NCBI GenBank assembly: GCA_964036045.1
Contig: OZ038378.1
Span: forward strand, 169,632,001-169,696,000
Origin: Eutreptiella sp. 'Long Island Sound 2002'
Taxonomy: Eukaryota > Protista > Euglenida
DNA length: 64,000 nucleotides
Direction of reading: 5' to 3'
This document shows, in pieces, positions 59,914-64,000 of the stretch. The translations under genes were made by a program, and so were the position numbers. The notes below the pieces were generated by a model that did no database searches, was not told the origin of the DNA, and was given only the letters and a program-made list of their open reading frames with translations. Within the stretch, counting starts at the first letter, position 1. Each line of letters opens with the position of its first letter.

Positions 59914-60418
59914 GGCAGGCGTGACCGCGGGCTTGCCCAAGGCTGCCGTTGAGCAGCTGGCCCTGTTTCTCCTCACACAGAAAGGCGCCTAGTGCAGGCG
60001 GGACATGCTACTGTTTTTGTTCTGCTTTGCACCTGACGAGATCTAGTACATCCAGACCAGTCTTCTCTGTGCTCTGTTTGTCGCCGAAGTGTGTGTGTGC
60101 TGGAGGCTGTGATTTTGTTGCATGCGTCAGACAGTGAGTGTGGTAGTGTGCTGGAGGCTGTTAGTGTGTCAGGCTGTCTCGCAAAAAGGTGTCGTTTGGC
60201 AATCTGTTGAGAAGAATCTGCCTGAGACGCAGGTTGCGGATATTGCAAAGTGGCCACCCCCTTCCTCCCGCTGTTGCTTGCCATGCGGCCAACACTCTTC
60301 TGTGCAGGGTGCTCTGAACCCCTTCCAGCAGAAAGCCGTTGAGCACAAGGAAATTAAGATGGAAAAGTTGAAGTCACATGAATGGGATGGGAGGTTTGAA
60401 CTTCCATCCAGCAACCGG
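39318..60418 (+). CDS. USP36: Ubiquitin carboxyl-terminal hydrolase, USP36/USP42 (UBP23/Scrawny)-like, at least 18 exons, >910 aa
   Basis: GLHNLGNSCFMNSVLQ, RQEDAQEF, IFGGYLRSQV, FDPFL.LSVE, LMLHLKRF, HDGGSIHSGHYYSYVR..W..CDD, AYLLVY, then C-terminal DEEYDKGRERKVKKFK and NPFQ typical of USP36; all listed junctions are phase-compatible; terminal exon not fixed. Confidence 0.85.
40037..40139 (+). CDS. USP36: USP36-like exon 2 (QEDAQEF)
   Basis: tgcag|GC...AG|gtgtg. Confidence 0.9.
40251..40364 (+). CDS. USP36: USP36-like exon 3
   Basis: SAIHQIFGGYLRSQVKW; donor gtatgg. Confidence 0.85.
40460..40529 (+). CDS. USP36: USP36-like exon 4
   Basis: SNTFDPFLILSVE. Confidence 0.85.
40806..40893 (+). 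CDS. USP36: USP36-like exon 5
   Basis: IKGDSIEKCLTHFTKAEILDANNMYK. Confidence 0.85.
41040..41141 (+). CDS. USP36: USP36-like exon 6
   Basis: ATKRFAIHRPPRVLMLHLKRF. Confidence 0.88.
41391..41479 (+). CDS. USP36: USP36-like exon 7
   Basis: GKISRMVSYPETLNLAPF. Confidence 0.85.
41735..42217. mobile_element. hAT-type MITE with an 8-bp target site duplication
   Basis: TIR CAGGGTTTGTC..ATTCGTAC / GTACGAAT..GACAAACCCTG; GTTTTCAG at 41727-41734 and 42218-42225; internal GTACGAAAAT 10-mer arrays. Confidence 0.9.
43198..43317 (+). CDS. USP36: USP36-like exon 8 (His box)
   Basis: YQLLGVVVHDGGSIHSGHYYSYVRGSNNTWYICDDGH. Confidence 0.92.
43456..43491 (+). CDS. USP36: USP36-like exon 9
   Basis: VGQVGVNEVLRQ, 36 nt, AG/GT bounded. 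Confidence 0.75.
44469..44534 (+). CDS. USP36: USP36-like exon 10
   Basis: SSAYLLVYIRK, end of the USP domain. Confidence 0.85.
44700..45014. mobile_element. MITE-like element
   Basis: GGGGGCGTTTTCGCACAGCGC / GCGCTGCGAAACGCCCCCC imperfect TIR; internal ~85-bp duplication (ggtgcagaatt...accctgggacccgtggc). Confidence 0.6.
45230..46240. repeat. Two diverged direct copies (45230-45430 and 45945-46230) of a repeat relic
   Basis: gatgcattgatc..aatgg.cac...cccattt.agccc...gacatctc.c.ctg.tgacaa.gtcctg...cctccacgtg.aca.catgg.cagtg shared. Confidence 0.6.
46720..46800. repeat. Imperfect (CTG/TTG)n tract, intronic
   Basis: gctgctgctgttgctgctgtcgccgctgc... Confidence 0.7.
46923..47623 (+). CDS. USP36: USP36-like low-complexity exon
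   Basis: tgcag|AGC...AG|gtgtt, 701 nt; NG(M/L)PNGK repeats and KKRKRNK basic cluster. Confidence 0.8.
49417..49471 (+). CDS. USP36: USP36-like exon
   Basis: catag|C TCC...CAG|gtatga; bridges phase 2 to phase 0. Confidence 0.65.
50830..51770 (+). pseudogene. Coding-like relic embedded in the satellite
   Basis: Interrupted frames: acidic EASTxxxxExP repeats, a Cys/His cluster (CRIHPVC), a helical EVEELVELEYK segment and a basic KRQAKHRRHPKQRR tail. Confidence 0.35.
51898..52451. mobile_element. MITE-like insertion in the satellite
   Basis: GGGCCTGCTCCCAGC / GCTAGGAGCAGCCC imperfect TIR; AT-rich interior; C12-G10 palindrome at ~52262-52284; no TSD identified. Confidence 0.6.
53225..53500. repeat. 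AACTTGGGCTT 11-bp tandem array
   Basis: About 25 units, near-perfect at 53270-53340. Confidence 0.95.
53964..54059 (+). CDS. USP36: USP36-like exon (basic, GC donor)
   Basis: RHEDKDCGHRQKKKK...KKK|gcatgt; phase 0 matches the next exon. Confidence 0.7.
54638..54845 (+). CDS. USP36: USP36-like exon
   Basis: IFTKATHSPQ...RRKSATC G|gtatgc. Confidence 0.75.
55178..55270 (+). CDS. USP36: USP36-like exon
   Basis: Phase 1-1, EAVHTVQQRIRFTF... Confidence 0.6.
57781..57865 (+). CDS. USP36: USP36-like exon
   Basis: AWETDDAQKAVETRRAAERHLEQR; phase 1 in, phase 2 out. Confidence 0.65.
58150..58450 (+). repeat. Dispersed retroelement-like relic
   Basis: tggccctgtgttacattccc...cag(c/t)ggtgg shared with 20474-20520 and 55560-55590. 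Confidence 0.55.
59443..59545 (+). CDS. USP36: USP36-like exon with the DEEYDKG motif
   Basis: LDEEYDKGRERKVKKFKPRPKE|gtattc. Confidence 0.85.
60308..60418 (+). CDS. USP36: USP36-like exon with the NPFQ motif
   Basis: GALNPFQQKAVEHKE...NR|gtatgc. Confidence 0.75.
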
Positions 60419-61099
60419 GTATGCGACCTGTCTGTCAATGCGGCTGCCGGTGCAAGTGCACAGCGTCGCGAACCAGCAGCCGAGTCGCGTCAGCTATGTG
60501 CACAGGTGGACCGCGCAAAGCCCCACCCCATCCCCTCCACTGCGGCACGGGGCACAGCGGTGCTTCTGCGCGGCACAGCAGAGGAGAGGGGGAGCATTCA
60601 CAAACAAAAAAAAACACAGGTGTGGCAGTTGGTTGTTTCGGGGGCGAGGGTCTCCTGGGGTCCGTACCAAGACGTATCGCCAACGGTGGTGGGTGTCAGC
60701 CACGGTGTTCTTCCGACGGGGGCTTGTTTGTATCACCGCCTCCAGAACTGGCCCCGTGCAACGATCACAAGTGGGGAACTCCTCATAGCGCTAAGTGCGC
60801 AGGTGCAGTGCATTGCAGGGAAGTACGCATCGTTTATGCTTGTGCTTCAAGACCTGCTGATGACCGGCTGGGGACCACCGTTTCCGACCCCCTCTGTTGC
60901 AGAGTGGTCGCCACCCGACCCATGCCACCCACCCTAGTTTTCTCGGCACCCGGTGAGAGGGTGATGTACGTGCTGCGCTGTCAACGCTGCCCATACCGCC
61001 CGGCATGCCTTGAGGACCCAGTCTATCTAAGTCGCTGCTGGGCTGACGGCGTGTCAAGAGAAGTGGGAACGTGACGGTCGGGGTCCAGGGGACCATTGG

Positions 61100-61650
61100 G
61101 GCCCGGATGCCTCAGGATGCAAGGGATTCCTTCAGAGCTTGACCGTTGCCCTGGTGCTGTACGTCTTGCATCTCAGAAAAAGAAGCTTTCCGAAGGTCCG
61201 CCTGACGAAGATGAGTAGGGCATGTTTGCCATTTGCCATTCGATTCGAAGTATTCGATTCCAAACCCCGTCTGGCCCCGCGACTGACCTTGCCCTAGTAC
61301 TGCAGACTTGCGGGCGCTCAAAGGCACCTTTGGGTGACTGGGGTGCATTGTCCAGAAATTGCGCCCAAACTCAGACCCCAGAAGACTTCCCTTGACATCC
61401 GCTGACACCGCTCAGCAGCAGGTGCAAATGCATGTGCAACCCGAAGAAATGCAGGCACCAGACGTTGGGGCCAGCCACTCCCGTGATGCTGCCTGTCGAT
61501 GACCAGTGCGAGACAGTCCCTCTAACCCCTGATTCATCTCTGTTTAGGTGCAGGCCTTGGCCCGGTAACAGACGGCCGTGGCGTGACTGCAACTGAGGCT
61601 CAATTCATGTGTGCTGTGGTGCAGATGAGATGAATTGTATCAAACAGGCC
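61100..61650 (-). pseudogene. Non-LTR reverse transcriptase relic (motifs 4-6)
   Basis: TGSITGVAGPNVWCLHF, then AQFLDN (FxDD-like), then LSARKSAVL, in correct order across frameshifts. Confidence 0.5.
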
Positions 61651-62469
61651 CCAGGCCCCACGTTCTTTCCAATGCAAATCTAGGTTCTTGCAGACCATCT
61701 GCATCCCCACAGCACGCGTTCTGAATCGCATCTCCAGCATAGCCATCAGGGTCTAGTGGGGATACACGGCCCACAACTCTATGCTGTTGGCATATGCTCA
61801 CCCTAAGTTGCTGTTCCATGGGCACTGGTTTGAGCCTCATCTCATCTTTGTGGAGTTCCTTGTCTTTGCCTGGGGTTTACTGCAGGACTTTTTCCTGGAG
61901 ACGCAGCCTTCCCTTGCCGACAGATGCCCCCCCCCCCCCCCGGACGGTCGACGAAGGTGGGTACGCTGGCCGCAACAGCTCTCGTGATTTGCGCCGCCGG
62001 GGCCGCAATAGAAGTCTCAAAGAGTTCCCCCGCCACCCCCCTGCCCCGCCGGAAGTATGCATGCGCAGGCCAGCTTTGGTCTGGTCCCAGGGACCAGGGG
62101 ATTTCAGGTGTTCAGGCCACTGACGAAGAGAAGTTGAGACCACCTGACACAAGGGGATTAAGGGTAGCCCATGTGCTTACCCACAGGCCATCGTCAGCAG
62201 ATGTGACACCCGACGCAAGCCGCACGCTCCGATGTGTGCCCGTGAGTCCGTCCAGCACAGAAGTGTCGATCGCCCACCAGGTTGGAAGCATGCCGCTGGG
62301 AAGCAACCAAGTGTAGTCACTGAAAGTACCATTTAGCAATCCTACTCCCTTTATGTTTCACCCCCCTTCCCACCCAACCTCGACCATCCTTGAGAGCAGG
62401 GCGTTCTTCTTTATTGGACAGCAGTCCAGCCCCCACTGGACAGCATCGCAGACCACATAGTCCCGTCTT

Positions 62470-63010
62470 TAGGTGCTAAATTCGAGCCCGTCACTGACAG
62501 CTCCCATTTGTCGTGGTTTAGATGTCCTGCCTCTGAGACCCCACTCCCCCCCCACTCTCAAGTTGAAGCCTCCCGAAGCTGTGGTGCCGGCAGGATAGTG
62601 GACGCGACGGGGGCAGTGATGCTGCAGTAGTGAAGGAGGGGACTGATATTCAACTCTGACCCACAACACTGCGCTTTTCCTGACCGATAGACTCAAATGA
62701 CCTCCATCAACGGAATCAGGTCACACGAAAGATAAAACACTGGACACTGGTCAAAATTCACGATAACCAAGCAGCCTTACTGGACCCCCTCCCCACTCCA
62801 TCACAATTCCCAAAACTGCGTTCATGAATGGGTTCAGCTCTTCAATCTTCTTCCCTGCAAAGTGTGAGGGCGTGCATGTGCAACCTGCGACGAAGGGTCG
62901 AGGAGGGCACCAGTACATGGGCACATACCACAATATTATAGCCACAGCTGCACTGGAAAGGGTATCCTCCAACACGCAGACCCCTGCAGACTGTCCACCC
63001 AGGCTGCCCA
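62470..63010 (-). pseudogene. Possible further RT relic
   Basis: LSLSVRKSAVLW resembles LSARKSAVL at ~61310; otherwise weak. Confidence 0.3.
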
Positions 63011-63340
63011 CTCAGTCACAGACAGAATACACAGAGCCCTTTGAGGGGGAACGGTAGCGCGCCGGGCATCTTTTGTGACCCGTGCCCCACCGGTGGCCTT
63101 CTAGGGGGTGCACTAAGGGGGCGCACTTAGCGCAGTGCAGCTATTTGGGCGCCTGGCTGTACTAGAGACCCATACTTTGAGATGCTGGGAGCATCATGGT
63201 GACCCCTAGCGTAGGTTTTGACTTCTGATTTTGTCCCCTTTGTTAAGGACCCCCGAGAATGCAGGGGTGACGTAGCATTTCCGCCCTCTTTTGGGCCCCA
63301 ACCTTCCGGTGCTATTGAGGAAACCGGGACAATCTCTGAA

Positions 63341-63672
63341 TCCACGCTTTGTTGCGTGGCCCCTTGAGTTGGGGTTAGGGACTCGCAATCCACGCTTTGT
63401 TGTGTGGCCCCTCGAGTTGGGGTTAGGGACTCACAATCCACGCTTTTTTGCGTGGCCCCTTCAGTTGGGGTTAGGGACTCACAATCCACGCTTTGTTGCG
63501 TGGCCCCTCGAGTTGGGGTTAGGGACTCACAATCCACGCTTTTTTGTGTGGCCCCTTCAGTTGGGGTTAGGGACTCCAATCCACGTTTTTTTGAGTGGCC
63601 CCTCGAGTTGGGGTTAGGGACCCATGCTTTGTTGCGTGGCCCCTCGAGTTGGGGTTAGGGACTCACAATCCA
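63341..63672. repeat. 48-bp tandem array containing GGGGTTAGGG (7 units)
   Basis: tccacgctttgttgcgtggcccc(t/c)(t/c)(g/c)agttggggttagggactcacaa starts at 63341, 63389, 63437, 63485, 63533, 63580, plus a shortened seventh unit. Confidence 0.95.
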
Positions 63673-64000
63673 CAAGAATGTAGGGGTGACATAGCATTTC
63701 CACCCTGTTTTGGGCCCCGGAGAAGGCAGGGGTGAGGCAACCATTTCTGACTTAGTTCCCTTTCGATCCCGGAGAATGCACACGGCGCAATGCAACAATT
63801 TAAACACTAGTTTTTATGCGGTCCTTCAACCTTCCGGTGCTATTGAGGAAACCGGGACAATCTTCGTTACGCTTTTGTTTTACGTTGCGTTGTGTTGTGT
63901 TTCGTTGCGTAGCTCCTGAAATGCGTGCATGTGCACTTTGAAATGGGCATGTTGAGCGGGTAATATGGTGTCTAAGAATTTGGCACACCCTTTGCATCCC

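Noticed and set aside
7253-60418. Non-canonical (euglenid-type, non-GT-AG) introns
   Set aside because: All junctions I could resolve are GT-AG or GC-AG; the unresolved 33000-35380 link is too ambiguous to claim one
63341-63672. CRISPR array or true telomere
   Set aside because: Units are contiguous without spacers; TTAGGG appears once per unit and non-telomeric sequence continues to the window end

Overview
Eukaryotic, GC-rich, intron- and repeat-rich genomic DNA; no prokaryotic operons, rRNA/tRNA or CRISPR seen. Two large spliced genes sit head-to-head. (1) Minus strand, about 7253-37470: at least 21 GT-AG exons encoding a >2,300-aa Q/E-rich coiled-coil protein. I checked splice phases by hand for 7253-32973 and 35381-37470; the link between these blocks and the 5' end are unresolved. 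(2) Plus strand, 39318 to >=60418: a USP36-like deubiquitinase with Cys box, QED box, His box, AYLLVY and the C-terminal DEEYDKG..KVKKFK / NPFQ motifs. Mobile DNA is abundant. An apparently intact 3.77-kb PIF/Harbinger-type DNA transposon (8958-12728) has 12-bp TIRs, an ATT duplication, a two-intron ~720-aa transposase and a Gly/Lys-rich knuckle-like passenger. A decayed tyrosine-recombinase element (1227-3814) has ORF1 + YR but no RT. There are several MITEs (one hAT-type with an 8-bp TSD) and scattered RT/RNase H relics. Tandem arrays: a 224-bp mosaic array (4310-7140), an 11-bp-period satellite that flips polarity (49845-53590) and a 48-bp TTAGGG-containing double-hairpin array (63341-63672). 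All calls come from reading the sequence; no database search was run, and the organism is not identified.
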